Counted from the first letter of the stretch, positions 8,225 through 18,875 are shown. The stretch is DNA of 64,000 nucleotides from Vulcanimicrobiota bacterium (GCA_963733295.1 CAVTCS010000003.1:1920001-1984000), one strand, 5' to 3'. Translations and numbers: made by a program. The notes: generated by a model not told the origin, from the letters alone.

Positions 8225-9472
8225 GTGGAACTCGAAGCTCTCAAGACGAGCCGTGGCCGGTTCATCGCCGGCGGTTTGGCAGCGTCGGTGGCGACGTTTG
8301 CCAGCATCAACGTCATCGCTGCCCCAATGACCGAGGTCGTCGTCGGCCTCGACGTGCCGCAAACCGGGCCGTACTCCGACCAAGGCGCCGATCAGCTGCG
8401 CGCCTACCGCATGGCGATCAACGAGATCAACAAGAGCGGCGGCGTGATGGGCATGCAGATCAAGACGAGCGTCGGCGACGATCAAACGAAGGCACCCGTC
8501 GCGGTCGAGAACGCGCGTCGCATGATCGAGCGCGACGGCGCCGTCATGATCACCGGCGGCTCGAGCACCGGAACCGCGATCGCCGTTTCGGGACTGTGCC
8601 AAGAGAAGAAAGTCATCTTCATGGCCACGCTCACGCACGGCAACGAGACGACGAACGAGAACTGCCACTACCATACGTTCCGTCGCTATAGCGACGCCTA
8701 CAGCTCAGCCCATGCGCTCGCACAAACGTTGCTTGCCAAATACGGCACGGGCCGCTGGTTCCACATCACGGCCGACTACGCGTGGGGCCATTCGAACTAC
8801 GATAGTTTGAGTGAAGTGCTCGTGCCCAAGGGTGCGGTCTTCATCAAGAACGTACTGATGCCGCTGGGGACAACGGACTTCAGCTCGGCGCTCAGTCAGG
8901 CCCAGGCTGCCAAACCCGACGTGCTCGTCATCACCGAGTTCGGGCGCGATATGGTCAACGCCCTGAACCAGGCTGCGCAGTTCGGTCTGACCAAGTCGGC
9001 CAAAATCCTCGTGCCCTTGGCGGACGAGTACATGGCCAAGGGCGCGGGCGCGAACTTCGACAACGTCATTACGACTGCACCGTTCTATTGGCAGTATCAC
9101 GCCGCAAAATATCCCGCCGCGAAGACGTTCGTCGACAACTTCACCAAGCTCTACGGCGTTCCACCTTCGAACGGCGCAGAGTGTGCATACACGAACATGT
9201 ATCAGTGGAAGTCCGGAATCGAGCGTTCTGGGTCCCTCGATCCCGCCAAATTCATCGCGAAAATGGAAGGCTACCACTTCACCGCTACCAAGGAACCGGA
9301 ATACTGGCGCGCGTGGGACCACCAGGGGATCAACAGCAACCTGGTTATCGAAGGCGTCCCTCTCGCCCAGCGCAAAGACCCCTTCGCTTATGCGGACGTC
9401 CTGAAAATCTACAGCGGCGAGTCCGTGAACATCCCACAATCCGTGAGTAAGTGCAAGATCGAGAGCGCTTAG
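8225..9472 (+). CDS. Branched-chain amino acid-type ABC substrate-binding protein, Tat-like signal
   Basis: SRGRFIAGG leader; PQTGPYSDQG, AINEINKSGGV, DYAWG; AAGGAG RBS. Confidence 0.92.
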   Translation: MELEALKTSRGRFIAGGLAASVATFASINVIAAPMTEVVVGLDVPQTGPYSDQGADQLRAYRMAINEINKSGGVMGMQIKTSVGDDQTKAPVAVENARRMIERDGAVMITGGSSTGTAIAVSGLCQEKKVIFMATLTHGNETTNENCHYHTFRRYSDAYSSAHALAQTLLAKYGTGRWFHITADYAWGHSNYDSLSEVLVPKGAVFIKNVLMPLGTTDFSSALSQAQAAKPDVLVITEFGRDMVNALNQAAQFGLTKSAKILVPLADEYMAKGAGANFDNVITTAPFYWQYHAAKYPAAKTFVDNFTKLYGVPPSNGAECAYTNMYQWKSGIERSGSLDPAKFIAKMEGYHFTATKEPEYWRAWDHQGINSNLVIEGVPLAQRKDPFAYADVLKIYSGESVNIPQSVSKCKIESA

Positions 9473-9495
9473 GTCGTAACTAGTTCCCCAACCCG

Positions 9496-9524
9496 AGGAC
9501 CGGTCTCTTCCAAGGGCCGGTCCT
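9496..9524 (+). other. Intercistronic stem-loop after the binding-protein gene
   Basis: AGGACCGG (9496-9503) is complementary to CCGGTCCT (9517-9524). Confidence 0.65.
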
Positions 9525-9546
9525 TCTCGTTCCCCGCTTCAGGAGA

Positions 9547-10437
9547 CTGACGACCATCGACGCCATCTTCGCGCAGCTTCCGGGCCAGCTTCTGGACGGT
9601 TTCATCCGCGGTCTCGTTTACGTCGCAATCGCCCTGGGTCTCACGATCATTTTCGGAATGCTGCGCCTCGTGAACTTCGCGCACGGCGCCTTCTACACGG
9701 TGGGAGCGTACGTCGGGCTGGTCGTTGCCGAGCGGCTGGGTCTGGGCGCCGGACTGATCGCCGCGCCGATTGCGGTCGCGCTGCTCGCCGTCGTGTTCGA
9801 TCGATTCCTGTTGCGCTACTTCTACGACAAGGAAGCGACCTCGCAGATCCTCGTGACGTTTGGAATCGCGATCATTCTGGAAGAGACGCTGCGCCTGATC
9901 TTCGGCGGAACGACGCGGCAGTATCCCGTTCCGGGCTGGCTTTCGGGCTCGCTCAACCTCGGGTTCGCGCAGTATCCGTCGTACCGTCTCGCTTTCGCTG
10001 CGGGAATCGTTCTGCTGGTCATCGCGGTCTGGCTCTTCATCGAACGGACCGACTACGGGCTCATCGTGCGCGCCGGAATTCGCGATCGCACGATGGTGCA
10101 ACTGTTGGGCGGGAACGTGCGCCTCGCGTCCACGGTCATCTTCGCCTTCGGCGCCGCCTTGGCAGGACTCGTCGGCGCGGCGGCCAGCCCGATCTATAGC
10201 GTCGACCCGAATACGGGTTTCTCGTTCCTCGTGCCGTCGTTCGTCGTCATCGTGATCGGCGGCCTGGGCAGCTTCTGGGGAGCCGTCTTGGGCGGCATCA
10301 TCGTCGGCGAACTGCAGAGCTTGACGACGCTGATCGCGCCGCCCTTCAGCGACGTTATCATCTACATCGCCATGGCGCTCGTGCTCCTCGTGCGGCCTTC
10401 GGGGCTGTTCGGCGAGAGCGAGGTGATTCGCGGATGA
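9547..10437 (+). CDS. livH: ABC permease, LivH family (non-canonical start inferred)
   Basis: The conserved QLLDG...ALGLTIIFGMLRLVNFAHG begins upstream of ATG 9658; VIGGLGSFWGA. Confidence 0.88.
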   Translation: MTTIDAIFAQLPGQLLDGFIRGLVYVAIALGLTIIFGMLRLVNFAHGAFYTVGAYVGLVVAERLGLGAGLIAAPIAVALLAVVFDRFLLRYFYDKEATSQILVTFGIAIILEETLRLIFGGTTRQYPVPGWLSGSLNLGFAQYPSYRLAFAAGIVLLVIAVWLFIERTDYGLIVRAGIRDRTMVQLLGGNVRLASTVIFAFGAALAGLVGAAASPIYSVDPNTGFSFLVPSFVVIVIGGLGSFWGAVLGGIIVGELQSLTTLIAPPFSDVIIYIAMALVLLVRPSGLFGESEVIRG

Positions 10438-11462
10438 TGCGGGAGCTGCGCTACTACGGGTTGCTCGCAGTCGGCCTAATCGTGTTCCCGTTCGTCTTTC
10501 ACCCGATCGGCGGTTACCCAGGGCTCGCGACGCAAATCCTGCTCGTGGGCATCGCCTCGGTCGGCTTCAACCTGCTGCTCGGTTACGCGGGTTTGCTCTC
10601 GTTCGGTCAGGCGATGTTCTACGGCGTCGGATCCTACGTCGCGCTCCTCACCGTGACGAAGTTCTTTCCGCACTTTCCGAATATGTGGCTCGCGATCGTG
10701 CTGGCCGTCCTTTTCGTCTCGGTGATGGCCTTTCTGATCGGGGCCCTGACCGTGCGGTTGTACGGGATCTACTTCGCGCTTTTGACGCTGGCATTCGCGC
10801 AGATGTTCTACTTCATCGTGTTCCAGTGGCGCGATCTCACGCAAGGCGACGACGGTCTGCAGGGCATTACCGCGCCTCCGCTCTGGTTCTTCACGAACAT
10901 CGATCTCACGACGACCTTTCCTGCGCTAAATCTCGGGCCGTTCGGAAACGTGAGCGAGGTGCACTACTGGTACGCCTTCGCCGCAGTCGTCGCGCTCCTC
11001 GTCGTAGCGTTCATGCGCGTACTCATCCGTTCGCAGTTCGGCGAAGTGCTCGCTGCGATCCGTGAGAACGAGCAGCGCAGCACCTTCGTCGGCTTCAATC
11101 CGCAACGCTACAAACTAGCAGCCTTCACGATCGCGGGCGCGTTGACGGGGTTGTCCGGCGCCCTGCGCGGACTCTACGAAACCTCGACCGCACCCGATTC
11201 GTTGACCGTCGATACGAGCGGCAACTTCGTGATCTACACGATCGTGGGCGGCGTCAAAACGATCCTCGGTCCGATGCTCGGCACGGCGGTCATCATGTAC
11301 TTGCAGAACGTCATCAGCGGTAAGACGGACGCCTGGCGCTTGATCGAAGGAATACTGTTCGTTGCGGTGATCGTCTTCTTACCGGGCGGCATCCTGGGCT
11401 CGTTCAAACGCAAGCGCGCTCGCACCCTGCTGCGCGACGCGCTCCAAACGAAGGCGTCGTAG
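10434..11462 (+). CDS. livM: ABC permease, LivM family
   Basis: GYAGLLSFGQ, GIYFALLTLAF, AIRENE; ATGA overlap with livH. Confidence 0.9.
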   Translation: MMRELRYYGLLAVGLIVFPFVFHPIGGYPGLATQILLVGIASVGFNLLLGYAGLLSFGQAMFYGVGSYVALLTVTKFFPHFPNMWLAIVLAVLFVSVMAFLIGALTVRLYGIYFALLTLAFAQMFYFIVFQWRDLTQGDDGLQGITAPPLWFFTNIDLTTTFPALNLGPFGNVSEVHYWYAFAAVVALLVVAFMRVLIRSQFGEVLAAIRENEQRSTFVGFNPQRYKLAAFTIAGALTGLSGALRGLYETSTAPDSLTVDTSGNFVIYTIVGGVKTILGPMLGTAVIMYLQNVISGKTDAWRLIEGILFVAVIVFLPGGILGSFKRKRARTLLRDALQTKAS

Positions 11463-12221
11463 ATGAGCGACGCGATCTTGTCGACCAACGAGCTGGGCAA
11501 GAAGTTCGGAAACTTCGCCGCCAACAGCGACATCGATTTTTCGGTGCGGGAGGGCGAACTGCGAGCGGTGATCGGACCGAACGGCGCCGGCAAGACGACC
11601 TTCTTCAACCTTCTCTCCGGACTCTTGAATGCGAGCGGCGGGACGATCCGCTTCAAGGACCAGGACATCACGCATCTCCCCGGACCGCTGCGCGTCGAGC
11701 GCGGGATCGCCAAAGCGTTTCAAACGGCGAACATCTACCCCGACGAGACCGTCTTGCAGAACTGCCGCCTGGCGGCGCTCGCAAGAGTTCAAGGCTCGTT
11801 CGCGCCGGAATTCTTCCGCGCTTCGCGGCGCTTGAGCGCGGTCGACGAAATCGCGCTCGAGGCGCTGTCCCTCGTCGACCTCTCGTCGCTCGCCGAGCAG
11901 CGCGCCGGCGACCTCTCGCACGGCGACAAGAAGCGGCTGGACATCGCGCTCGCGCTTGCGACGCGCCCGCAGATCTTGCTTCTCGACGAACCGGTGGCGG
12001 GGATGTCGATCGAGGAGGTCCACAAAACCGACCAGCTCATCCGGGCTTTGGCCAAGCGCATGACGGTTCTCATCATCGAACACGATATGGACCTCATCAT
12101 GGGAATCTCCGACTCGATCACCGTCCTGCATCAGGGCCGCGTGCTGGCACAAGGGACGCCCGCCGAAATCCGTTCGAACCGCGCGGTGCAGCAAGCCTAC
12201 CTCGGAGGATACGCCGAGTGA
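11463..12221 (+). CDS. livG: ABC ATPase, LivG family
   Basis: GPNGAGKTT, LSHGDKK, LLDEP, IEHDM, VQQAYLG. Confidence 0.93.
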   Translation: MSDAILSTNELGKKFGNFAANSDIDFSVREGELRAVIGPNGAGKTTFFNLLSGLLNASGGTIRFKDQDITHLPGPLRVERGIAKAFQTANIYPDETVLQNCRLAALARVQGSFAPEFFRASRRLSAVDEIALEALSLVDLSSLAEQRAGDLSHGDKKRLDIALALATRPQILLLDEPVAGMSIEEVHKTDQLIRALAKRMTVLIIEHDMDLIMGISDSITVLHQGRVLAQGTPAEIRSNRAVQQAYLGGYAE

Positions 12222-12944
12222 GCCTCACGGTCGCCGGGGTCGATACGCTGCTCTCGCTCGAGTCGCTCAACACGTTCTACGGCGACAGTCACATCCTCAA
12301 GGACATGACCCTGCACGTGCGCCGCGGCGAAACGGTCGCGCTCTTGGGCCGCAACGGTGTCGGTAAGACGACGACGCTCAAGAGCATCGTGGGCTGGGTC
12401 CCCGCGCGCAGCGGACGCGTGACGTTCGACGGAAACGATGTCACGTACGCCGATATGATGACCAATGCGCGGCGCGGCATTTCGCTCGTTCCCGAAGAAC
12501 GCCGGATCTTCACGAACCTGACCGTCCTCGAGAACCTGCGCTTGGCGCAAGTCGCCGCGCAGCGTCCCGGCCTGACCTTGGACGAAGTCTACCAGCGCTT
12601 TCCGAGTTTACAGGAGCGGTTGCAGAACAAGGGCGACGAGATCTCCGGCGGCGAGAAGCAAATGCTGGCAATCGCGCGCGCTCTCGTCCAAGATACGAAG
12701 CTTTTGCTCCTCGACGAACCCACCGAGGGCCTCGCGCCCCTCATCGTCCGCGAAGTAGAAAACGTCGTGCGCGAAATCAAGGCGAAGGGCATCACGACGC
12801 TTCTCGTCGAGCAAAACTTCTACTCAGCCCTCTCCGTAGCCGATCGTTGCTATGTGATCGACCAAGGCAGCGTCAAGTTCGAAGGCACGCCCGACGAACT
12901 GCGCGGCAACACCGACGTCCTCACGCCGCTACCTGCACGTCTGA
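12218..12944 (+). CDS. livF: ABC ATPase, LivF family (apparent 1-base insertion near the 3' end)
   Basis: GRNGVGKTT, ISGGEKQM, LLDEPTEGLAP, VEQN; removing one C at about 12926 gives the typical ending TRYLHV-stop, whereas the uncorrected ORF runs to 13024. Confidence 0.9.
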
Positions 12945-13017
12945 CGCTTCTCGTCGTCCTCGTGAAGCAAACAGCGCGCCCGGAACCGGACGCGCTGCTC
13001 GAACTCTTCGCGTTGGG

Positions 13018-13590
13018 CTACTGAGCTTTGGGTGCGTCGATCTCGCCGCAGGCTACGCGCGCACCGCTGCCGCCGCCCGGCGGCGTGTCGGTGTAGTTAT
13101 CGGAGTTCGCGTGGATGACGATCGAACGCCCGACGATGTTCGTAGGACCGGGTGAGACGCTGAGCTTGGCATCGTAGAAGGTCGTACGGCCGTGCCCGGT
13201 CTGGCTGACGTCGATCATCGGCAGATCGCCCGCGTGCCCCGCGCCTTCGGGGCCGAGATGATGCCCGGTGGCTTGCGGATCGAAGTGTCCGCCGGCCGCG
13301 CCGAAATCGGTCTTCTTCCCCGCTTCGTCGATCATCGGATTGCATGACCCGAACTCGTGGATGTGCATGCCGTGCATGCCCGGGGTTAGCCCGGTGACGT
13401 CGACCGTAATTTGAACGCCGCCTTTGTCGACGCCGATGAAGCTGGCCTCGCCGATGACTTTGCCGGCCGGATTCATGATGTCGGCTTGGAACGTGTTCAC
13501 CGCAGCGAGCGCCGAGCGTACGCCGCCGCTTCCAGCCGCGAGCAGCGCGCATGCGAGCGCGATGCAGACCGCGGGCATCCTCTTCGTCAT
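13018..13590 (-). CDS. sodC: Periplasmic Cu/Zn superoxide dismutase
   Basis: Signal peptide; HGMHIHE, GGHFDP, GHAGDL, SIVIHA, GARVACG. Confidence 0.95.
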   Translation of the reverse strand: MTKRMPAVCIALACALLAAGSGGVRSALAAVNTFQADIMNPAGKVIGEASFIGVDKGGVQITVDVTGLTPGMHGMHIHEFGSCNPMIDEAGKKTDFGAAGGHFDPQATGHHLGPEGAGHAGDLPMIDVSQTGHGRTTFYDAKLSVSPGPTNIVGRSIVIHANSDNYTDTPPGGGSGARVACGEIDAPKAQ

Positions 13591-13627
13591 AGGCTAAAAT
13601 CCTCCAAATAAGTGCGTTGAAGGCCGG

Positions 13628-15520
13628 TCATTCTTCCAAGGTTGTCGTATCGCCGACTTCTAGTCCCGCTTCCTGCGCCTTGAGCAGGCGGCGCATGATC
13701 TTTCCGCTCCGCGTCTTGGGAAGCTTGGCGACGAACTCGACCTCGCCCGGCGTCCCGATCGGTCCCAAATGATAGCGGACGTGTTCGATCAGTTCGGCGC
13801 GGAGCGCTTCGCTCGGCGAGCTGCCGACCCGCAGAACGACGAACGCTTTGATGCTCTCGCCCTTGATCGGGTCGGGTTTGCCGATGACGCCCGCCTCGCC
13901 GCAGGCTTGGTGCGAGACGAGCGCGCTCTCGACGTCGGCCGTGGCGATGCGATGCCCCGCCACATTGAGGACGTCGTCGGCGCGACCGAGCACCGTCACG
14001 AATCCCTCCGCATCGATCGTAGCGACGTCGCCGGCGGTGTAGCAACCGGGAATCTCCTCGAAGTAGCGGGCGTACCGTTCCGCATCGCCCCAAACTCCGG
14101 AGAACATGTGCGGCCAAGGATTGCGGATCACGAGCAGGCCGCCCGCACCAGGCGGTACCGGCGTGCCGTCCTTCGCGACCACGTCGAAGTCGATCGGCCC
14201 GAAGGCTTTGCCGCTACGATCCGGACGGACGGCGGTGGTCGGCAAGAAGCCGAGCATCATAGCACCCGTTTCGGTTTGCCACCATTGATTGCAGACTGCG
14301 GTACGCTTGCGTCCGACCGTCTCGAAAAGAAAGCGCCAGGCCTCGGGATTGAGCGGCTCGCCGGCGCAAAAGATCGCTTGCAGCGTCGACAGGTTGCGCT
14401 TCGCCGCAAGTTCTTCGCCGTGGCGCATCAACATGCGGGCCAGCGTCGGCGCAGTATACAACTTCGTTACCCGGTGTTCGGCGATGACGTCGTAAACCGC
14501 GGCGGGCGAGGGATGATCGGGTGCGCCCTCGCGAACGATCGAACGGTACCGATTGGCGAGCGCGCCGTAGACGATCAACGAGTGTCCGACGATCCAGCCG
14601 ATGTCGCTCGTACACCAATAGACGTCGTCCGGTCCAATGTCGGTCGTGTACTGCAGCATGGCCGAGGTTCCGGCGAGATAGCCGCCGTGGGTCATGACGA
14701 CGCCTTTCGGCTTGCCCGTCGTCCCACTCGTATAGAGGATGAAGAGCGGATGATTTGCTTCGACGATCGCGGGTTCGCGCGCGTCGGACTGGCCGGAAGA
14801 GTAGTCGACCCAGTCGCGCTCGATCGCGGCGAGCGGCAACGGCGACGCCTTGCGCTGCAGCACGACGACTCGCCGCACGAGCGGCGCGTTGCCGACCGCG
14901 TCGTTGAGAATCACCTTGAGGTCGATCTCCTTACCGCGCCGGTAGGTGCAGTCGGCCGCGAGGACGATCTCGGCCCCGGCGTCTTCGATCCGGTCGCGCA
15001 ACGCCGTCGCGCCCAACCCTGCGTAGATGACGCTGTGAATCGCGCCGATCCGCGCGCAGGCGAGCATCGCGACAATGCCTTCGAGCGAAAGCGGCATATA
15101 GATGCAGACGCGGTCGCCACTCTTGACGCCGTCGGCCGCGAGCGCGTTCGCCAAGCGGTTCGTCGCCGCGAGCAGCTCGGCGTAACTCATGCGCCGCTCG
15201 CGGCCGTCTTCGTGCAGATAGATGTAGGCGGTCGCGTCCGGATGAGTCGCCACGTGGCGATCGAGACACGATACGGTCGCGTTGAGCCGGCCACCGGTGT
15301 ACCAGAGCGCGTTGCCGAGGCCGCCTTCGAGCGTCTTGTGGGGTGGCGTCTGCCAGACCAGACGTTCGCCGCAAGTCTTCCAAAAGCCGAGCGGATCGCG
15401 CGCGAGACGCGCGTTCCACGCATCTTGATCGGGAATCGACGCCCAACCGCGGACGGCGTCGGGGGCGGGAACGCTTTCGTGGGTATCCAGCAAGTTCTCG
15501 ATCAAGACTTCTTCAGGCAT
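13628..15520 (-). CDS. acs: Acetate/propionate-CoA ligase
   Basis: YTSGTTGKPKG, WWQTETG, GRADDVLNVAGHR, PKTRSGKIMRR. Confidence 0.93.
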   Translation of the reverse strand: MPEEVLIENLLDTHESVPAPDAVRGWASIPDQDAWNARLARDPLGFWKTCGERLVWQTPPHKTLEGGLGNALWYTGGRLNATVSCLDRHVATHPDATAYIYLHEDGRERRMSYAELLAATNRLANALAADGVKSGDRVCIYMPLSLEGIVAMLACARIGAIHSVIYAGLGATALRDRIEDAGAEIVLAADCTYRRGKEIDLKVILNDAVGNAPLVRRVVVLQRKASPLPLAAIERDWVDYSSGQSDAREPAIVEANHPLFILYTSGTTGKPKGVVMTHGGYLAGTSAMLQYTTDIGPDDVYWCTSDIGWIVGHSLIVYGALANRYRSIVREGAPDHPSPAAVYDVIAEHRVTKLYTAPTLARMLMRHGEELAAKRNLSTLQAIFCAGEPLNPEAWRFLFETVGRKRTAVCNQWWQTETGAMMLGFLPTTAVRPDRSGKAFGPIDFDVVAKDGTPVPPGAGGLLVIRNPWPHMFSGVWGDAERYARYFEEIPGCYTAGDVATIDAEGFVTVLGRADDVLNVAGHRIATADVESALVSHQACGEAGVIGKPDPIKGESIKAFVVLRVGSSPSEALRAELIEHVRYHLGPIGTPGEVEFVAKLPKTRSGKIMRRLLKAQEAGLEVGDTTTLEE

Positions 15521-15528
15521 GGCTGCTC

Positions 15529-16272
15529 CTACGCTTTGGCGATCGTATGACGCTGAATCACGGCCGAACCGGAAGCGCTGCGCGTCAGGAAATATTGCGC
15601 AAAATAAGTCGTCCCGCCGGTCTCCAGTTCGACGTCGACGGTTGCTGCGTCGTCGGTTCCCGATGACGATACGCGTGCGATTCGCGTCGTGCGGTCGACG
15701 AACCGTTTCTCGACGAAGGTAACGCCGCTCGCGCCATCTGCCACACCGAAGGCGGCGTACGCCGCGGCATCGTCGCCGCGCTCGAGCGCCGCGATGTACT
15801 GACGAACGACGACCGCGGCCAATCGCGCAAAGTCGGTGTCGGCGTCAACGCTCGCGACGGGAGAAACCGCCGGCGAACTCGACGCCGCGCCGCCCGAAGG
15901 CGTGCCGCTAGATTCTGCCGAGGCGCCGGAAAGCGGCGACGCGCTCGGCAGCGGCGGCGATGCGCTCGGCGAGACCGATGGCGATGGTGACGGTGAGGGT
16001 GAGGCACTCGGCACCGGCGTGGGGCTCGGTGACTTGGTCGGCACCGGCGAAGCTTTCGCCGAGCCCGGCGGAACGGGCGACGGCGTAATCGCCGGCGGCA
16101 ACGACGGCGTCGCGAGCGGCAGCGGCGGCCCTGCATGAGCGCGCTGATAATACGCAAACGAGGCGCCAATCACAAAACCGGCGAGCGAAACCGCCGCGAG
16201 AATAGGGATGAGCGGGTACTTCGGCTTCGACGCGCGCGAGCGTTGCCTGGAGCGTCGCGGGCTGTCACTCAT
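15529..16272 (-). CDS. Membrane-anchored protein with Pro/Ser-rich linker
   Basis: Basic N-terminus, one TM helix, PSPSPSP linker, small C-terminal globular domain. Confidence 0.75.
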   Translation of the reverse strand: MSDSPRRSRQRSRASKPKYPLIPILAAVSLAGFVIGASFAYYQRAHAGPPLPLATPSLPPAITPSPVPPGSAKASPVPTKSPSPTPVPSASPSPSPSPSVSPSASPPLPSASPLSGASAESSGTPSGGAASSSPAVSPVASVDADTDFARLAAVVVRQYIAALERGDDAAAYAAFGVADGASGVTFVEKRFVDRTTRIARVSSSGTDDAATVDVELETGGTTYFAQYFLTRSASGSAVIQRHTIAKA

Positions 16273-16347
16273 GCGTGTCCGAAAGTTCGTCGCCGCGAGC
16301 GCTCGGCCTCGCAAGAAGCCGGAGGCCAGGACGCGAAGCGAAGCTCG

Positions 16348-16665
16348 GTGATTCGCATCGCGATTCCGATCGACGTCGGAACGATCGCCTCGACCGGGTG
16401 CCAAGCCTTCGCGCAGGCCACCCCGTTGCGTCTCGCTGAAATCTTGCGCATGGCCGTCTGCCAATCCCTAGGGCCGCGTACGCCGGACGATAAGCTCGAG
16501 CGGAGCGTGCACGCGACGCTTGCCGGTTTCGATGCCCGGAAGTTCGTGGTCGACGTGGACGGCACGCTGTACGACGACGCCGAGGCGGTCGTGCTCTGCG
16601 CCGGAGTCGCAACCCTGCGCTTCTTCTCGACCGAGCCACGCCGTCGCCGCCTGACCGCGGGATAG
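16348..16665 (+). CDS. Hypothetical protein
   Basis: Protein-like 3' part of ORF 16135..16665 from GTG 16348; fills the gap between flanking genes. Confidence 0.6.
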   Translation: MIRIAIPIDVGTIASTGCQAFAQATPLRLAEILRMAVCQSLGPRTPDDKLERSVHATLAGFDARKFVVDVDGTLYDDAEAVVLCAGVATLRFFSTEPRRRRLTAG

Positions 16666-16706
16666 CGAAGACCGGCGTTAGGCGCGCCTAGCGCGCGTCA
16701 GGTGCG

Positions 16707-17969
16707 CTAGTGCGAAAGCGCTGCGGCGACGCCGCCCCGGTGCGTGAGCACCAGCTTCGCGTAGAGAGCGTTAGGCCACGCGAAATCGTCGCGCGTGTAC
16801 GACTCGGGCCAGTCGGCGTTGAACGACTCGTGCAAGCGGTGGTCGCCGACATCAGAAGCGGCGATGTAGCCTAAGACGCGCTCGACTTCGGCGGGGTCGT
16901 TCGAGGTAAGGGCCTGCATGACGAGCGATAGCGGCCAAACGTTGCCGTGCGGCGTGTGGGGGCTACCGATGCCGCGCGCGTACTTCCCAACGAAAAAGTA
17001 CGGGTTCCGGTCGGAGAGCACGAAGCGCCGGGTGTTAAGGTAGACCGTGTCGTCGTTGGGCAGATAACCAAAATACGGAATCGAGAGGAGCGACGGCGCG
17101 TTGGCGTCGTCCATGAGGTTGAAGTGGCCGAGTCCGTCGACCTCGTAGGCGTACATCCGGCCCACGCCTTTTTGAGTGACGACGCCGTACTGCTCCACGC
17201 CCCGCTGAATGTCGACCGAGAGGCCCCACGCCGCCGCGGCGTCGCGCGTATTGTGGTAAACGGTCTCTTCGATGCCGGCCAGATCGCGCAAGGTCACGGC
17301 CGCAAACATGTTATCCGGAATATTGTACTGGTAGCGCGCCGGATCGTCGGAGGGGCGAAACCCGGTCCAGATCATTCCGGTATAACCGACGGCGCTGCCG
17401 CGACCGCCGTTCGCCAGGTCGGGGTGGGTATAATGAGAGCGCCGGTCGTGATGTTGCTCGTCGCGGAGAACGGCCAAGACGCGCTCGAACGCGAGGTTCA
17501 CCTCCGCAGTGAAGATCGAACGATCGCCGGTTCCATGCCAATAGCGCGCTGCGAACCAAACGGGGTACAATATCGAATCGACCTCGAACTTTCGCTCGAC
17601 CACGCGGTAATTGGCCGAAAACGCGTTCGCGTACGGATCGATCAGAATGTACCGGGCTTCGCGAGCGACGACGCCGCGCAGCTCTTGCTCGACCCGTGGG
17701 TCGCTGGTGGCCAAGCCGATGTACGGCTCCATGACCGCGCTCGCGTCGCGCAGCCATTCGGCGGAGATGTCGCCGGTCTTCACGTAGGTCGTGCCGTCGC
17801 GTTCGTGGATCGCGTGGCGGTTGATGGCCTCGTCGAAAGCCGTGAGGTAGAGCGTTTCGAGCTTGGAAGCCAGCGGGGTCTCGGCAGCAGCCGCCGGCGC
17901 CCGCGGGATGCCGCTCAGCGAGACAGCCAGTGCGGCGACAGCCAGAAGAAGTGCGCGCAGCAAAGGCAT
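16707..17969 (-). CDS. Glycoside hydrolase family 125 (exo-alpha-1,6-mannosidase-like), secreted
   Basis: TGDISAEWLRD, DPYANAF, ERKFEVDS, GFRPSDD, MDDANAPSLL, GIGSPHT, FAWPN. Confidence 0.92.
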   Translation of the reverse strand: MPLLRALLLAVAALAVSLSGIPRAPAAAAETPLASKLETLYLTAFDEAINRHAIHERDGTTYVKTGDISAEWLRDASAVMEPYIGLATSDPRVEQELRGVVAREARYILIDPYANAFSANYRVVERKFEVDSILYPVWFAARYWHGTGDRSIFTAEVNLAFERVLAVLRDEQHHDRRSHYTHPDLANGGRGSAVGYTGMIWTGFRPSDDPARYQYNIPDNMFAAVTLRDLAGIEETVYHNTRDAAAAWGLSVDIQRGVEQYGVVTQKGVGRMYAYEVDGLGHFNLMDDANAPSLLSIPYFGYLPNDDTVYLNTRRFVLSDRNPYFFVGKYARGIGSPHTPHGNVWPLSLVMQALTSNDPAEVERVLGYIAASDVGDHRLHESFNADWPESYTRDDFAWPNALYAKLVLTHRGGVAAALSH

Positions 17970-18062
17970 TGGGAATTTCTAAGTCGTCGGCGTTCCGCTC
18001 AATCCCTGCGGCCGGCGCAAATAGTGAAACCCCGCTCGGTTCCAACACGTCCATACTCTAAG

Positions 18063-18836
18063 ATGCGCGCAACGTTCGTGATTCTGGTCGCATTGGCGGT
18101 CGTTTGCGAACAGGCGCGAGTGGCACTCGCCGACCAGCGTTATACGGTCAGCGGGGCGGACTCGTACGTCATCGGAGCCGGCGACATCCACAGCGACACC
18201 ACGTACCAGGGTGTCGAGACCCTGACCACCTCGCGCCACGGACGCACCACGCGCTACGACGCGAAGTGCCACTACGTCCGCAGCGAACAAGGTGAGGATA
18301 CGGACGCGGTGAGCGACTACGTCTCGGATCAGCTTCCCGACGGCCAGGTGGTCGACTCAGCCGATCACGACCCGGACTACCTGACGGTCCTCAATCAGCC
18401 GTTCTCGGTACAACTCGACCGCGGCACGCTCTCGGATCTGCGGAGCCTGCGCGGGACGCTGCCCTTTAACTTCCCGTCCCCGATCACTGGCGCCTCACTT
18501 CAGGGCCGCATGGAACGCATCCGGGCCGGCACGATTGGGGCGCACCAGGCCCTGGGCGTCCGCTTCGAAGCCGGCGGTCCCATGCGCGGCTCCCTGGCCG
18601 ACCGTCCCGGCCTCGTCCTGATCGGGACGATCACGCTGCGCGGCACGGCCTACTACGACCTCGACAGCGCCCTCCTCTTAGCCCTCGACGCAACGGTCAC
18701 GATCAGCGGTAAGCTCTCCAATAAAAACAGTACCGATCCCGTGACCATCGTTTATCATCGCGCGATCCGCGCCGTGGAAGCCGCCCAAGCCAACACGGCC
18801 AAAACGAGCTCCCCGTCCACACCCGTCCCGCGCTGA
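18063..18836 (+). CDS. Secreted hypothetical protein
   Basis: Signal peptide ending ALA-D; 257 aa, beta-rich. Confidence 0.75.
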   Translation: MRATFVILVALAVVCEQARVALADQRYTVSGADSYVIGAGDIHSDTTYQGVETLTTSRHGRTTRYDAKCHYVRSEQGEDTDAVSDYVSDQLPDGQVVDSADHDPDYLTVLNQPFSVQLDRGTLSDLRSLRGTLPFNFPSPITGASLQGRMERIRAGTIGAHQALGVRFEAGGPMRGSLADRPGLVLIGTITLRGTAYYDLDSALLLALDATVTISGKLSNKNSTDPVTIVYHRAIRAVEAAQANTAKTSSPSTPVPR

Positions 18837-18875
18837 GGGAAACCCGGGATTCGAAAGAGGCCTCGAAGAAGCCGC

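Noticed and set aside
16947..18836. 629-aa ORF, and similarly extended ORFs 30574..32109, 37801..39678 and 52711..54249, as fusion proteins
   Set aside because: The N-terminal extensions overlap other real genes; the true starts are internal (18063, 31321, 38601, 53868).
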